Assembly: GCA_965116065.1 (NCBI GenBank)
Contig: OZ220485.1
Location: 5,040,347-5,104,346, forward strand
Direction of reading: 5' to 3'
Length of the DNA: 64,000 nt
From: Bryobacterales bacterium
GTDB taxonomy: Bacteria > Acidobacteriota > Terriglobia > Bryobacterales > UBA6623
The position numbers were made by a program, and so were the translations under genes. Positions 48,904 to 60,142 of this stretch are shown here, piece by piece (the first letter of the stretch is position 1; the number at the start of each line of letters is the position of its first letter). A model generated the notes under the pieces. That model was not told the origin of the DNA, ran no database searches, and was given only the letters and a program-made list of their open reading frames with translations.

Positions 48904-49400
48904 TTGTTAACGCCACAAGGTGAAGTGGAGATTCGATCGACCGACTCCGATCAGGCGGGATTCATCCGTGCGCGCATTCCATGCGGGCAACTCATCGACT
49001 GCCTCCTGCGAGGACATACAGGACGATCGAACGCAGGGCGCGCGACCTGGGCGACAGAGCCGGGCTACACCAGCCGCAGAAGGCGAACACGATCGACGCA
49101 TGGGGCGTCGGGGAGTTTCTTGATGTAGCGATCCAGTGCGAGGAGGATTCCGGATTGCGGACCGTCCTGTTCCGTGGAACCGGCCCGTGTTCTCCGGGGG
49201 CGCAAACCGCAAGGTGTTCGCTGGCCTGCGACACGACGGATCGGATCTTCAGGTATCAGGGCACACCTGCCCCGCTTCCCCATCGACCGGAGCCGTGACT
49301 GTCGGCTCTTGCCGTGACGAGCCTGGTTCGCCGGAGGCATTCCGGCCCGGGTTGGCCTTCGCACGAAAATCCGGCTTCGACGAGAGCTTCCGAAGAGACC
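48904..49400 (+). pseudogene. possible enoyl-CoA hydratase (crotonase) remnant with frameshifts
   Basis: Fragments lie in different frames. ...QPQKANTIDAWGVGEFLDVAIQCEEDSGLRTVLFRGTGP is followed in another frame by VFSGGANRKVFAG. Together they resemble the crotonase N-terminal pattern LNRPexxNAl...D..vRavvLtGaG.aFsaGaD. The downstream part is not recognisable. Confidence 0.3.
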
Positions 49401-49572
49401 TCACCGGTATTCCGTCAAGCGGGAATTTTCCGAGTGGATGGACCTGGGTTTGCGGCGGGTATCGGCACGTGCCGTTCTCCCGCTTCTGCAGGGTTGGCAC
49501 CCATCTACATCGGGGCCCGATAGCCTCCGGCATAAGACATGCTCTGCCAGCGATGCTGCCCTTGACGGAACA

Positions 49573-52056
49573 CTAGCACGTGTACAGCAGCGTTCCGGTC
49601 GCGATCGCCAGGCCTCCCTCATCGGCGTCGGCCTCGCCCTCGTCTTCCGGCAGATCAAGTCGCCGGTAGTACAGTCCGTCAGGACCCCGGAAGATCTCGA
49701 TCTCGGCCGGTTGCGGAAGCTCACCCTGGATCAGCACCTCCGAGAGCGGGTCCTCCACATACCGCTGAAGCGCACGCCGGAGGGGCCGGGCACCATAGTT
49801 GCGGTCACTGGCGGTCTGCTCCAGGATGAACTGTGCCGCGTCGTCGCTCAGTCGTACCTGCAGGCCCTTGTTGATCAGGTTCTCGTTGATCTGGCCGGTC
49901 AGCATCCGAATGATCGCCAGCAGATCGTCGTCAGTCAGCGAACGGAACACGATCGTCTCGTCAAGACGGTTCAGGAACTCGGGGTTGAACGTCCGCTTGA
50001 CTTCGTTGCGGACTTCCTGTTCGGCCTTCGTGTCGCGGTACTCGTCGGAATCCCCCTGGAAGCCCATGGCCGTCTTGGACTGCAGGTGCCGCGCGCCGAT
50101 ATTCGAGGTCATCACGATGATGGTGTTCTTGAAGTCGACGGTGTTGCCCAGTCCATCCGTGAGCCGTCCGTCCTCGAAGACCTGAAGCAGGATGCTGAAC
50201 AGGTCGGGGTGCGCCTTCTCGATTTCGTCGAGCAGGATGATCGAATACGGAGTGCGCTTCACCCGTTCCGTGAGCTGGCCACCTTCCTCGTACCCGACAT
50301 AGCCTGGGGGCGATCCGATGAGTTTCGAGACCGAGTGCCGCTCCATGAACTCGGACATGTCGAATCGGATGAGGGCCTTTCGGCTTCCGAAGAGCAATTC
50401 GGCCAGGGCCCGGGCCACCTCCGTCTTGCCCACTCCCGTTGGTCCGAGGAACAGGAACGAGCCCGATGGCCGGTTCAAGGGCTTGAGTCCCGCCCGCGAG
50501 CGGCGGATCGCGCGGGCCAAGGCCGAGATGGCGCTGTCCTGGCTGACGATGCGGGTGTGCAGTTCGTCCTCGATCCGAAGGAGCTTGCCCATCTCCTCCT
50601 CCTTGATGGCGGTCATCGGAACACCGGTCCAGCGCGCCACGACCTCCTCGATGTCATCTTTCTCGACGGTTGCGGTGACACGCTCCTCCATGTCATGCAT
50701 CGACTGCATGCGACGGAGCTTCTCGCGTTCCTTCCGCTCTTCCTCGGAATAGAAGCGGGCCTTCTCGAACTCGTGGTTCGCGATCGCGCTCTCCATGCGG
50801 TGGACGATGAAGCTGATGCGCTTGTGGATCTCGATGCTCTCGTCCGACATTTTCGTCTGCTGGAGCTTGACGCGCGCACCGGCCTCGTCAAGGAGATCGA
50901 TCGCCTTGTCGGGCAGAAAGCGGTCCGGTATGTACCGGATCGAACTGTGGACGGCCGCCTTGAGGGAGTCGTCCGTGTAGACCACGGCGTGGAACTTCTC
51001 GTAGCGCTCCTTGATGCCGAACAGGACCTGAACGGCCTCATCTTCCGTGGGTGGAGTGACCTTGACGGCCTGGAATCGACGTTCCAGCGAGCGGTCCCGC
51101 TCGATGGATTTGCGAAACTCGCTCGGTGTTGTCGCCCCGATGCACTGGATCTCGCCACGTGACAACGCCGGCTTGAGAATGTTCGCGGCATCGAGAGATC
51201 CCTCGGCCGAGCCGGCTCCGACCAATGTGTGCAACTCGTCGATGAAGACGATGGAGTTCTGGTTCTCCATCATCTCCTTCATGATCGTCTTGAGACGCTC
51301 CTCGAACTGCCCGCGGTACTTGGTCCCGGCCACGATCAGGGACAGATCGAGGGAATAGATCCGCTTGTCGGACAGGTAAGGCAGGACGACCCCGCCGGCG
51401 ATGCGCTGGGCGAGGCCTTCCACGATCGCCGTCTTGCCGACACCGGGCTCGCCGATCAGCACGGGGTTGTTCTTGGTGCGCCGGCAGAGGATCTGCACGA
51501 CGCGTTCCAGTTCCGAATCCCGACCGATGAGGGGGTCGAGTTTCCCGTCGGACGCTTCCTGCGTCAGGTCCCGGCTGAATTCCGTCAGCAGGGAGCCTTC
51601 CCTGGAGCGGCTGGAGACGGTCTTCTCCGACTGGACCCGCGTGAGCTCCTCGCGAATCGCCGAGAGCCTCAGGCCCCGTTCATGCAGGATCTCGGCCGCG
51701 AAGCATCGTTCCTCGCGCAAGAGGCCCAGCAGCAGGTGCTCCGTTCCGATGTGCTTGTGCGAAAGACGCTCCGCCTCCTCGGCCGCATAGGCGAGCACCC
51801 GCTTGCATTCGTGGCTGAGCGGAAGATCCACGGATGTCGAGACCTTCTCCCGGATGGTCGTATGGGCCTCGATCTGCTTGCGGATCGAGTCGACGGCGGC
51901 ATGGGATCGCAGGAACCGGTTCGCAAGCGCCTTGTCCTCCCGGATCAGTCCGAGCAGAAGGTGCTCCGTCTCGATGTACGGACTGCCGAACTGGCTGGCC
52001 TCGTAGCGGGCGAAGAAAATGACCCGGCGGGCCTTCTCCGTATAGCGTTCGAACAT
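49573..52056 (-). CDS. clpC: ATP-dependent Clp protease ATP-binding subunit (ClpC/ClpA class)
   Basis: Start [17 protein letters not shown] at ATG 52054-52056. Two AAA+ modules are present: GEPGVGKT and GPTGVGKT. Confidence 0.9.
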   Translation of the reverse strand: MFERYTEKARRVIFFARYEASQFGSPYIETEHLLLGLIREDKALANRFLRSHAAVDSIRKQIEAHTTIREKVSTSVDLPLSHECKRVLAYAAEEAERLSHKHIGTEHLLLGLLREERCFAAEILHERGLRLSAIREELTRVQSEKTVSSRSREGSLLTEFSRDLTQEASDGKLDPLIGRDSELERVVQILCRRTKNNPVLIGEPGVGKTAIVEGLAQRIAGGVVLPYLSDKRIYSLDLSLIVAGTKYRGQFEERLKTIMKEMMENQNSIVFIDELHTLVGAGSAEGSLDAANILKPALSRGEIQCIGATTPSEFRKSIERDRSLERRFQAVKVTPPTEDEAVQVLFGIKERYEKFHAVVYTDDSLKAAVHSSIRYIPDRFLPDKAIDLLDEAGARVKLQQTKMSDESIEIHKRISFIVHRMESAIANHEFEKARFYSEEERKEREKLRRMQSMHDMEERVTATVEKDDIEEVVARWTGVPMTAIKEEEMGKLLRIEDELHTRIVSQDSAISALARAIRRSRAGLKPLNRPSGSFLFLGPTGVGKTEVARALAELLFGSRKALIRFDMSEFMERHSVSKLIGSPPGYVGYEEGGQLTERVKRTPYSIILLDEIEKAHPDLFSILLQVFEDGRLTDGLGNTVDFKNTIIVMTSNIGARHLQSKTAMGFQGDSDEYRDTKAEQEVRNEVKRTFNPEFLNRLDETIVFRSLTDDDLLAIIRMLTGQINENLINKGLQVRLSDDAAQFILEQTASDRNYGARPLRRALQRYVEDPLSEVLIQGELPQPAEIEIFRGPDGLYYRRLDLPEDEGEADADEGGLAIATGTLLYTC

Positions 52057-52245
52057 GGGATTCGAAAGCGCTACCCAAGGTGCTGCGAGCACCGAACGGC
52101 AGTCGCCCGTCCTTTGTGGATCATGATAACAGCACGCATGGCGGTTCGAATCCGCAGGAGAGGAAATTCGGGGAATGGAAGACGCATGGATCGACCGACT
52201 TGAAACGCCAATGCCATGGAGTCGACCTCACGTGGCGACGCTCGT

Positions 52246-52806
52246 TCATTCGCCGAGCAGCTCGCTCATGGTGAAGATCGTCTCAAGCGGACAGCCGACT
52301 TCCGCCAGCGCATCGGCAGCTCCTTGCTCCCGATCGACGAGGCAGCAGGCGCCGAGTATCTTCATGCCGGCCTCGCGGGCTCGTTCGATGGCCTGCAGAG
52401 TGGAACCGCCGGTCGTGCAGACATCCTCCAGTACCACGCAGTTCACGCCTTCCGTTCGCCGCAGCCCTTCGACGGGCCGCTGGCGGCCGTGACGCTTCCG
52501 GTCCTTGCGCACGACGAACGCATCCACTGGCCGGTCCGTGGACTGCGAAACGTGGGCCACCGCGCAGGCTACCGGATCCGCGCCCATCGTGAGCCCGCCG
52601 ACCGCTTGCGGTCTCCAGTCCCGCGCCCGGATGCGATCGAGGACGACCCGTCCCAACAGGGGCATGGCCTCGCCGCGAAGTGTTGTCAGCCGACAGTCCA
52701 CATACACCGCGCTCGTCTCGCCGGAAGCCAGCACGAACTCGCCTCGCAGCACGGAATGGCGCTGCAGAATGCGCTGCAGCGCTTCCCGGTCGTCCAGTCC
52801 CTGCAT
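52246..52806 (-). CDS. pyrE: orotate phosphoribosyltransferase
   Basis: ...GEFVLASGETSAVYVDCR...VVLEDVCTTGGS is the PRPP-binding motif. Likely start MQGLDD at 52804-52806. Confidence 0.9.
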   Translation of the reverse strand: MQGLDDREALQRILQRHSVLRGEFVLASGETSAVYVDCRLTTLRGEAMPLLGRVVLDRIRARDWRPQAVGGLTMGADPVACAVAHVSQSTDRPVDAFVVRKDRKRHGRQRPVEGLRRTEGVNCVVLEDVCTTGGSTLQAIERAREAGMKILGACCLVDREQGAADALAEVGCPLETIFTMSELLGE

Positions 52807-52849
52807 CGAATCCACCTCCGGGAACAGCCCGGTTTCCGGTTCCGCCCCG

Positions 52850-54028
52850 CTAGAACCGCCGGACCTGCTCCATGTAGCCATCGAAGTTCCGTCGGATCTC
52901 GTCCAGCGAATCCCCGCCGAACTTCTCGAGAAAGGCCTGGGCGATCGTGAGCGCGACCATCGCCTCGCCGATCACGCCGGCTGCGGGTACCACCGCGACA
53001 TCCGAGCGCTCGTAGGCGGCGCTGGCCGGCTCGCGGGTCGAGAAGTCCACCGATTCCAAGGGCCGTCGCAGGGTGGAGATCGGCTTGAGATGGGCACGCA
53101 CGACGACATCCTGGCCATTGGTGATGCCCCCTTCAAGCCCGCCGGCCGTGTTGGAGCCGCGGTAGAAGCGGCGCTCCGGCTTGCTGTAGTGAATGGTGTC
53201 CTGCACCGTCGAGCCCGGCGAGGCGGCGGCGAGCGCCGCCGAACCGATCTCGACGCCCTTCACGGCCTGCATCGAAACGATCGCCTGTGCGAGCCTGCCG
53301 TCCAGCCTGGAATCCCAGCTGGTATGCGAACCCAGCCCGGGCGGCGCGCCGTGCACGACAACCTCGAACACACCTCCACGGGTGTCGCCGGTTGCAAAGG
53401 CGTCGTCAACCTCCTGCTTCATGCGCGCTTCGGTCTCGGGATCGACGCAGTTGAGCAGGACCTCGTCCTTTTCGGCCAAGGCCTTGAGATCCTCCCAGTC
53501 TGCTGGCCGGGCCAGTTCCGCAGCACCGACAGCCACGACATGGCTCAGCACTTCGATGCCGAATTCCGACAGGAGCAGCTTCGCGAACCCGCCCATGGCG
53601 ACCCGGGCCGCCGTCTCGCGAGCGCTGGCGCGCTCCAGGACGTAGCGAGCCTCGGGAAAGTTGAACTTGATGCAGCCCGCCAGGTCGGCGTGCCCCGGCC
53701 GGGGACGCTGCACCGGACGGACATGCTCCTCCGCACCCTCGAAATTCTCGACCGGCAGGGTCTTGGTCCAGTTCTTCCAGTCCCGATTCTGAAGGACGAC
53801 CGCTATGGGCGACCCGATCGTCTTGCCGTGACGAACGCCCGAGAGGACATGGGCGCTGTCGGTCTCGATCTTCATCCGTCCGCCGCGGCCGAAGCCTTGC
53901 TGACGGCGCCAGAGATCCCGGTTGACCCTGTCGAGGTCCACGGGAACCCCGGACGGCATGCCGGAAAGGGTGGCAACGAGCGCCTCGCCATGAGACTCAC
54001 CGGCTGTGACGAAACGCAACATTCCCAA
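52850..54028 (-). CDS. aroC: chorismate synthase
   Basis: LRFVTAGESHGEALVATLSGMPSG...RRQQGFGRGGRM signatures. Confidence 0.95.
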   Translation of the reverse strand: MGMLRFVTAGESHGEALVATLSGMPSGVPVDLDRVNRDLWRRQQGFGRGGRMKIETDSAHVLSGVRHGKTIGSPIAVVLQNRDWKNWTKTLPVENFEGAEEHVRPVQRPRPGHADLAGCIKFNFPEARYVLERASARETAARVAMGGFAKLLLSEFGIEVLSHVVAVGAAELARPADWEDLKALAEKDEVLLNCVDPETEARMKQEVDDAFATGDTRGGVFEVVVHGAPPGLGSHTSWDSRLDGRLAQAIVSMQAVKGVEIGSAALAAASPGSTVQDTIHYSKPERRFYRGSNTAGGLEGGITNGQDVVVRAHLKPISTLRRPLESVDFSTREPASAAYERSDVAVVPAAGVIGEAMVALTIAQAFLEKFGGDSLDEIRRNFDGYMEQVRRF

Positions 54029-54068
54029 AGGCTGGAAGCGGGTCAGCCCTTATTATAGGCATCTGGCC

Positions 54069-54806
54069 ATGCGCCGCTTGGTTGGCATTCATGCAGTGTC
54101 GGCTGCCTTGCGGTCGGCGGCAGAGTCCGGGCAGGGGCTCGACCGCGTGATCGTCGCCCGCGGGGCCAGCAACAGCCGACTGCAGACGATCGTTGACGAG
54201 TGCCGCCGGCTAGGCGTTCCAGTTCGGTTCGAGGCGCGTTCCGCGCTGCGGCGGGTCGCCGCGACGGGCGCGCATCAGGGTGTCGTTGCGATTTCGTCGT
54301 CCCGGTCGTACCGGTCGATCGAGGAGGTGCTTGCTGATGCGGGCGACCCATGCACGCTCGTGCTGCTCGATTCGGTGCAGGATCCTCACAACCTTGGCGC
54401 GATCATCCGGACGGCCGACGGGGCAGGCGCCTCGGCCGTTGCGATACCGGAGCGACGCTCGGCTCGACTGAGCGAAGCCGCAACGAAGGCGGCCGCCGGG
54501 GCGCTGGAATCGCTCCCGGTCGTTCGGGTCAAGAATCTGGGCCGGGCAATGGAACAGCTCAAGGATGCGGGGTTCTGGATCTACGGATTCGACGCTGAAG
54601 CGCACATGGAGTACGACGAAGCCGAGTACGACGACCGGTGTGCGCTGGTACTGGGGGGCGAGAGCGACGGCCTGCGGGAGAAGGTGGCGGAGCGGTGCGA
54701 CTTTCTGGTGCGCATCCCGCTCGCGGGAAGCGTCGCTTCCCTGAACGTGTCCGTGGCCGCGGGCGTAGCGCTGTTCGAAGTGCTCCGCCAGCGACGCGCT
54801 GCTTAG
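54069..54806 (+). CDS. rlmB: 23S rRNA (guanosine-2'-O)-methyltransferase, TrmH/SpoU family
   Basis: GIHAV...LDSVQDPHNLGAIIRTA...LVLGGESDGL...IPLAGSVASLNVSVAAG are the SpoU motifs. ATG at 54069. Confidence 0.8.
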   Translation: MRRLVGIHAVSAALRSAAESGQGLDRVIVARGASNSRLQTIVDECRRLGVPVRFEARSALRRVAATGAHQGVVAISSSRSYRSIEEVLADAGDPCTLVLLDSVQDPHNLGAIIRTADGAGASAVAIPERRSARLSEAATKAAAGALESLPVVRVKNLGRAMEQLKDAGFWIYGFDAEAHMEYDEAEYDDRCALVLGGESDGLREKVAERCDFLVRIPLAGSVASLNVSVAAGVALFEVLRQRRAA

Positions 54807-55091
54807 CTGGTCGTCGGCTGATTGCCGGTCGATTCGACCGGCACCATCTCACATGAAAGGTCTGGCGCTGCAGCATGCCTGGCCCGAGACCGAGGTCGGA
54901 TACAGGCGAAGCCGACGGTGCCTCGCGAGACGCCGTGCCCGCGCCCTGCGCGGGTCAGGCAGCGCTCGTCATAGTGAAGATGGCCGCAGGATCAAGGCAG
55001 CAGGGCTACTCTCCCGTACATGGGCCGGCTTGGCCGGAAGGGAAGATCCGCTGTTGCACTGGCAGGCTGTGCATACGCTACAATCCAGCGT

Positions 55092-55595
55092 ATGACCATC
55101 ACGGAGAGTTTCCTGCTGGAATTCGAAAGCGAACTGCTATCGACCCGCCGCATGCTGGAGCACCTGCCGGACGGCGCACTGGACTACAAGCCACATGAGA
55201 AGTCCATGTCCATGGGCCGCTTGGCCGGGCACATTGCGGAAATGCCCGGCTGGGGCGTGCATACCGCGGAGCAGACGGAACTGGACATTCACCCACCCGG
55301 GGGCAAGCCGCTGGAGGTCTTCGAGGCATCCAGCCGCGCCGCCGCATTGGAGGTCTTCGACCAGCAGCGCGCACTGGGGCTGACGGCGATCGGGAAGCTG
55401 GACGACGACGCAATGCATGTGGACTGGACGCTCAGGAGCCAAGGGCGCTCGATCTTCACGATGCCCCGAATCAAGGTCCTGAGGTCGATGATTCTCAATC
55501 ACATCATCCACCATCGAGGACAGTTGAGCGTGTACCTGAGACTGAACGGCCAGCCCGTTCCGGGCATGTACGGGCCTTCGGCCGACGAGCAGTGA
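55092..55595 (+). CDS. DinB-family protein
   Basis: MTITESFLLEFESELLSTRRMLE...ILNHIIHHRGQLSVYLR is DinB_2-like. Confidence 0.8.
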   Translation: MTITESFLLEFESELLSTRRMLEHLPDGALDYKPHEKSMSMGRLAGHIAEMPGWGVHTAEQTELDIHPPGGKPLEVFEASSRAAALEVFDQQRALGLTAIGKLDDDAMHVDWTLRSQGRSIFTMPRIKVLRSMILNHIIHHRGQLSVYLRLNGQPVPGMYGPSADEQ

Positions 55596-55610
55596 CTGGC
55601 TCGGCCGAGG

Positions 55611-55682
55611 ATCCCTCGCCGACCCCAGTTGTCGACCCCACGGCGTGACGTTCCGAATCAGTCCCATGTGCGGAGCTCTGAG
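55611..55682 (-). repeat. ~72-nt dispersed repeat, copy 2 (inverted relative to 29331-29402)
   Basis: The reverse complement reads ctcagagctccgcacatgggactgattcggaacgtcacgccgtggggt...ggcgagggat. Confidence 0.7.
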
Positions 55683-55838
55683 GCTCATCTCTCGTTGGAA
55701 GAGACTCAGTCTTGATTCCAATCCATCTGCCGTGCTATGATCAACAATGTATCCAGTAGGCCACCAGTCGGCGCTGTCATGCTCATGAGAGGAGAGACGA
55801 CATGAAAACCAACACAACAACAATCACAGTTCTCGTGC

Positions 55839-56447
55839 GTGACGGGGATGATGGCTGGCTTCCGCTCCAAGAGGATGAAAATCAGTTGCAACATGCCGCT
55901 GCCTGATGCGTTGGAGTTGATTAGGACTGTTGTAATCGTAGTATCGCCCCCGATTTCAGTAATACTCGCCATCGTTGCTTGGTTTCGCCACCGTAGTATT
56001 TCAGCCAAGCGCGCGGCGGTCGACTTTATCAAAGCGGAATTGGAAAATGAGGTTCTTGCCGATGCTCGGCACCATTTTCTGGATCTTACTAGAGACGATG
56101 GTCGAGGACTGAAAGAATTAATAGAGGAGCTGGAAGAACCAATAGAGGATTCGAGTAAAAGCCCGAGTGAAGTATCGGCATTAGTACAGTCATTAGTACA
56201 GGAGTCCTTGGCGAAGGTACACCTTTTTCTTAATCACTGTGAATTGGTTGCGGTAGCAATCCACAATCGTGCGATGGATGAGCGCATGTACGAGGACTGG
56301 AGGTGTACTTCCTATATAGAAGCATGGAAGCGCGCCGAGAAATTCATCGAGGTACGATGCCGCACACGACCCCATCAACCGAATTTGTATAGGCAATTCG
56401 AGCGGCTAGCAGACAGGTGGCAACGACGTCACTCAACCTTTGGATGA
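55839..56447 (+). CDS. hypothetical N-terminally membrane-anchored protein in a low-GC islet (DUF4760-like architecture, tentative)
   Basis: TM VVIVVSPPISVILAIVAWF followed by a helical domain. GC is clearly lower than in the neighbours. An alternative start is ATG 55893 (MPLPDAL). Confidence 0.45.
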   Translation: MTGMMAGFRSKRMKISCNMPLPDALELIRTVVIVVSPPISVILAIVAWFRHRSISAKRAAVDFIKAELENEVLADARHHFLDLTRDDGRGLKELIEELEEPIEDSSKSPSEVSALVQSLVQESLAKVHLFLNHCELVAVAIHNRAMDERMYEDWRCTSYIEAWKRAEKFIEVRCRTRPHQPNLYRQFERLADRWQRRHSTFG

Positions 56448-56602
56448 CCTTTATGCTGGCTTGAATATACCTTAGGAGCCTGTCGACCCTAGGGGGAATC
56501 TGGACCTCGAAGTGAGCAATATAAGGCCAGTTGCACTAGCAAATGCGACACCAGATATGGGGGCAGGTGTCAAGGGTGGCCTATCATATGGGAGAAACCC
56601 CC

Positions 56603-56912
56603 ATGGCACAGACCTATCACCAACTGCAGTACGACGAACGCTGCCAGATCCACGCCCTGCAACAGCAGGGAGCCTCGGCCCGCACCATCGCCACCGATCC
56701 ACCATCTGCCACGAACTCCAACGCAATGCAGCCCCAAGGCCCGGACCTGCCCTCTGCAAGCTCCATCCACCCCTCTGGGACCGCATCTGCGAGATGCTCA
56801 AGATGGACTGGAGCCCCGAGCAGATCGCCGGACGCCTGCGACTCTCCGGCGACATCTCCGTCAGCTTCTCCTGGCTCTACCGGCGCATTCACCAGGACCG
56901 CGCAGCCGGCGT
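56603..56912 (+). pseudogene. IS30-family transposase N-terminal remnant (frameshifted, no DDE domain)
   Basis: MAQTYHQLQYDERCQIHALQQQGASARTIAT is followed in another frame by HRSTICHELQRNA...WSPEQIAGRL...SWLYRRIHQDRAAG. It then ends. Confidence 0.6.
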
Positions 56913-57100
56913 TGCCCCACTCCAGCCCTCCAAGGGCCTCTCAGCCCCCCTTGACACACCCGTCCTCTCTGCCCTACACTCTCCCTGAACCCCTCCTTCG
57001 CACCTTCCTCCAGCCACCCTTTCCTGTCGCATTTCGTTGTCCAAAGGGCGTTGAATCATCGCACTTGTCAGCCCTTAATCCGACAGGCCACTAGGCTGGA

Positions 57101-58360
57101 ATGCCCCGAGTTCCTGTCTTGCGCGGCATCCCCCAGCTTTCGCTCGCTGCCTGGATTCTGGTGGCCATGGCAGCCGGCATCTGCTTCGGACTGGCCTGGC
57201 CGGGCGCGGCGGAACGGGTCCAGTTCCTCGGCACCCTGTTCCTACGATTAATCCGGTCGATCATCGCTCCGGTCCTGGTCGGCGTCCTGATTCGCGCCAT
57301 CGCCGGTGCCGGGTCCCTCGGGGCATTGGGTCGATTGGGATGGAAGTCCGCGATCTGCTTCGAGACCGCAACGACCATCGCTCTGCTCGTCGGATGGTTC
57401 GCCATCCGGATGTCGGGGTCCGGGGAGGGAGTCTCGCTCCCCGTCCAGCCGTCCCCGCCGGCCAGAGCCTCCGCCGACCTGACCACCGCCCTGGAGAACG
57501 CCGTGCCGACAAGCATCGTGGACGCTCTGGCACGGGGAGATGTCCTGCAGATCGTCATCTTCTGCTTCGTGTTCGGGATCGCGTGCCTGTCGGTCGGCAA
57601 GGCGGCCCGGCCGGTCGTGGACTTCGCGGACGCCTTGGCGGAGGTGGCCTTCCGGTACACCGACTACGTGATGTACCTGGCTCCGATCGCAGTGTTCGCG
57701 GCCGCGGCGAACGCCGTAGCCTTTGACGGTACCGCTGCGCTGGGAAGCCTGGCCGAGTTCACGGCGTTGGCGTGGGCCGTGCAGAGTGCTTTCCTTGCCA
57801 TCGTCGTGGTCGGTGGCCTGGCCCTGTGCCGGGTGCCCTTGCGGCGATTCGCCCGCTTCGCTCGAGATCCCTTCCTGGTCGGCTTCGCAACGACTTCCAG
57901 TGCGGCAGCCCTGCCCCAGACGCTGGAGAACCTCCAGCGGTTCGGAGTTCCCCGCAGCATTCTGGGCGTGGTGGCACCCCTGAGCCTGAGCCTCAATCTG
58001 AACGGCAGCACCATCCACCTGGCGATGGCGACACTGTTCGTGGCGCAGGCAGCCGGCATCGAGTTGTCGTGGGAGCGGCAGGCAATCATTCTGCTGACAC
58101 TCAAGCTGACCAGCAAGGGCGTGGCCGGCGTGCCTCGGGCCAACTTCGTGATCCTCGCTGCGGTCTTCGAAGGGCAGGGGATGCCGATGGAGGGCCTCGG
58201 CGTCCTGCTCGGCATCGATGCGCTGATTGATCCGATTCGGACCAGCGTGAATGTCGCGAGCCACTGCGCGGCCCCAGTCGTGGTTGCACGCTGGGAAGCG
58301 GCCCGAGCCCAGGACGGCACCGGAGCCGTGCATTCACATCGGCCCGTCGGTCCGACGTAG
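57101..58360 (+). CDS. dicarboxylate/amino acid:cation symporter (DAACS, GltP/DctA-like)
   Basis: A multi-TM protein with LIRSIIAPVLVGVLI... and ...SSAAALPQTLENL...SLNLNGSTIHLAM..., patterns typical of the SDF family. Confidence 0.85.
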   Translation: MPRVPVLRGIPQLSLAAWILVAMAAGICFGLAWPGAAERVQFLGTLFLRLIRSIIAPVLVGVLIRAIAGAGSLGALGRLGWKSAICFETATTIALLVGWFAIRMSGSGEGVSLPVQPSPPARASADLTTALENAVPTSIVDALARGDVLQIVIFCFVFGIACLSVGKAARPVVDFADALAEVAFRYTDYVMYLAPIAVFAAAANAVAFDGTAALGSLAEFTALAWAVQSAFLAIVVVGGLALCRVPLRRFARFARDPFLVGFATTSSAAALPQTLENLQRFGVPRSILGVVAPLSLSLNLNGSTIHLAMATLFVAQAAGIELSWERQAIILLTLKLTSKGVAGVPRANFVILAAVFEGQGMPMEGLGVLLGIDALIDPIRTSVNVASHCAAPVVVARWEAARAQDGTGAVHSHRPVGPT

Positions 58361-58566
58361 GCCGCCCCGGGAGCAACCACTCACCTGGACCGCAGGCCGG
58401 GACAGGATCATCTACGGCGATATTCCCGTCGAGGAAGGCTCCGCACAGCATGACGATCGACGGAACGCCGAAGCGGCTGCGTCGTAGCCAAGCTCTCGAC
58501 CGGCAGCGGATCAGCCGATCGTTGCCGGTACGCCCGTTCAGCCTTGTCGACGTGCCGAGCCCGTGC

Positions 58567-60042
58567 CTACTGCCGCATCCACGGCTGACGACGCGGCCAT
58601 CGCGGCCCTTCCTCGAAGAATCGGACACCGCTGCCGATCCGGTCGTAGTCGCCCAACTCCTCTCGCGCCCGGTCCGCCAGGGCCTCCAGCCGCTCCACGA
58701 CTTCAGGATGTTCCTCCGCGATGTTCCTCGTTTCGCCGATATCTTCCCGAAGGTTGTACAACTCGAGCGTCGTCACCGGCTCGAGCAGTTCGCCGAGGAA
58801 GGCTCCTGTCCTGGAGAGCAACCACTCGGATTCGTCGCGCCCCGGTCGCGGGAACACCAGCTTCCACGGGCCGCTGCGAACCGCGTCCAAGTGCGTTTCG
58901 CGGTAGTAGTAGAAGGCGTCGTGAGGACTCTTCGCGCCGGGCTCTGCGAACATCAGGGGCGAGATATCCCGTCCGTCGAACGTGCGGTCTTCCGGAAGAT
59001 CTCCTCCTGCCAGCCGGATGAAGGTCGGTAGCAGGTCCATGGTCGAGGCGATCTCCCGGGACTCCGACGCGGGCAGGATATGGCCCGGCCCCCACATCAC
59101 GGTCGGCACTCGGATTCCGCCCTCCCAGGTCGTACCCTTTGCGCCCCGCAGCGGGCCGGCAGTACCAGCATGCTCGGTGATCGCCGCCGTGTACTGCGGC
59201 AGGGAGTGATTGCTCCAGGGGCCGTTGTCTGATGTATAGACAACAATCGTCCGCTGGTCCAGCCCGAGTTCGGTCAGCAGGTCCAGGATCTCGCCCGTGC
59301 TGGCATCCAGTTCCTCGATGACGTCACCATATAGTCCGCGCTCGGACCTTCCGCGGAACTCCTCGGTGGCACCGAGCACGACATGCGCCATGGTGTGCGC
59401 AACGTACAGGAAGAACGGCCCATCGCGGTTGTTGCGGATGAACGCCAGGGCTTCGTCGGTATATCGCCTTGTGAGGTCGTCGACACCAGCGGATTCCTGA
59501 ATCCTCTCCTCGTTCCGGTACACCCAGTGCACCCGCCCACTGTCGTTCGCCCCGACGACACCGAACCAGTAGTCGAACCCCCTGCGGACCGGGTTCAGTT
59601 CCGGTCTGAATCCGTTGCGACGCCTGGTGATGTCCACCTTGCCGATCATCCCGGTTGCGTAGCCAAGATCCTGAAGAACCTTCGGGAGCAGGATCTCCTG
59701 CTTGTGGACATAGGGGAAGTTGTTCTTCTCGTTCCCGAACTCCGCCACCCGGATGGGGTAGCATCCCGTCAGCAGGGCTGTACGTGAGGGCCCGCAGACG
59801 GGCTGGGCATAGAAGTCCGTGAACTTCATGCCCTCGCGAGCCATCCGGTCGATTCGGGGTGTCCTGAAATCCGTGGCCCCGAACACCCCGAGATCGCCAT
59901 ACCCCTGGTCGTCGGCAAGGATGATGAGGAAGTTCGGGGGCTCGGCATCACCACTCCCGATCCCGCCGGTCGGGTCTGGCAGGCATCCGGCCAGACCCAT
60001 CGTGAGGACCAGTATCGTGGTCGGGATCCATCGTGATTCCAT
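58567..60042 (-). CDS. arylsulfatase-family lipoprotein
   Basis: Start MESRW at 60040-60042. Lipobox LAGC. ILADDQGYGDLG, and the formylglycine motif CGPSRTALLTG. Confidence 0.9.
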   Translation of the reverse strand: MESRWIPTTILVLTMGLAGCLPDPTGGIGSGDAEPPNFLIILADDQGYGDLGVFGATDFRTPRIDRMAREGMKFTDFYAQPVCGPSRTALLTGCYPIRVAEFGNEKNNFPYVHKQEILLPKVLQDLGYATGMIGKVDITRRRNGFRPELNPVRRGFDYWFGVVGANDSGRVHWVYRNEERIQESAGVDDLTRRYTDEALAFIRNNRDGPFFLYVAHTMAHVVLGATEEFRGRSERGLYGDVIEELDASTGEILDLLTELGLDQRTIVVYTSDNGPWSNHSLPQYTAAITEHAGTAGPLRGAKGTTWEGGIRVPTVMWGPGHILPASESREIASTMDLLPTFIRLAGGDLPEDRTFDGRDISPLMFAEPGAKSPHDAFYYYRETHLDAVRSGPWKLVFPRPGRDESEWLLSRTGAFLGELLEPVTTLELYNLREDIGETRNIAEEHPEVVERLEALADRAREELGDYDRIGSGVRFFEEGPRWPRRQPWMRQ

Positions 60043-60142
60043 GTGGACACCCTCTCGGCGGCGGATTCCGGACCAATGTGTTACCTGACGGCGCCGTGGT
60101 CGGCACAACTCCTCGGCGGCACCCACACGGCCACCGGACCGA

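Noticed and set aside
29331-55682. The two inverted ~72-nt repeats as terminal inverted repeats of a 26-kb transposon.
   Set aside because: The enclosed segment includes core genes (accD, folC, plsC, clpC, pyrE, aroC, rlmB). No transposase lies adjacent to either end. A dispersed intergenic repeat is more plausible.
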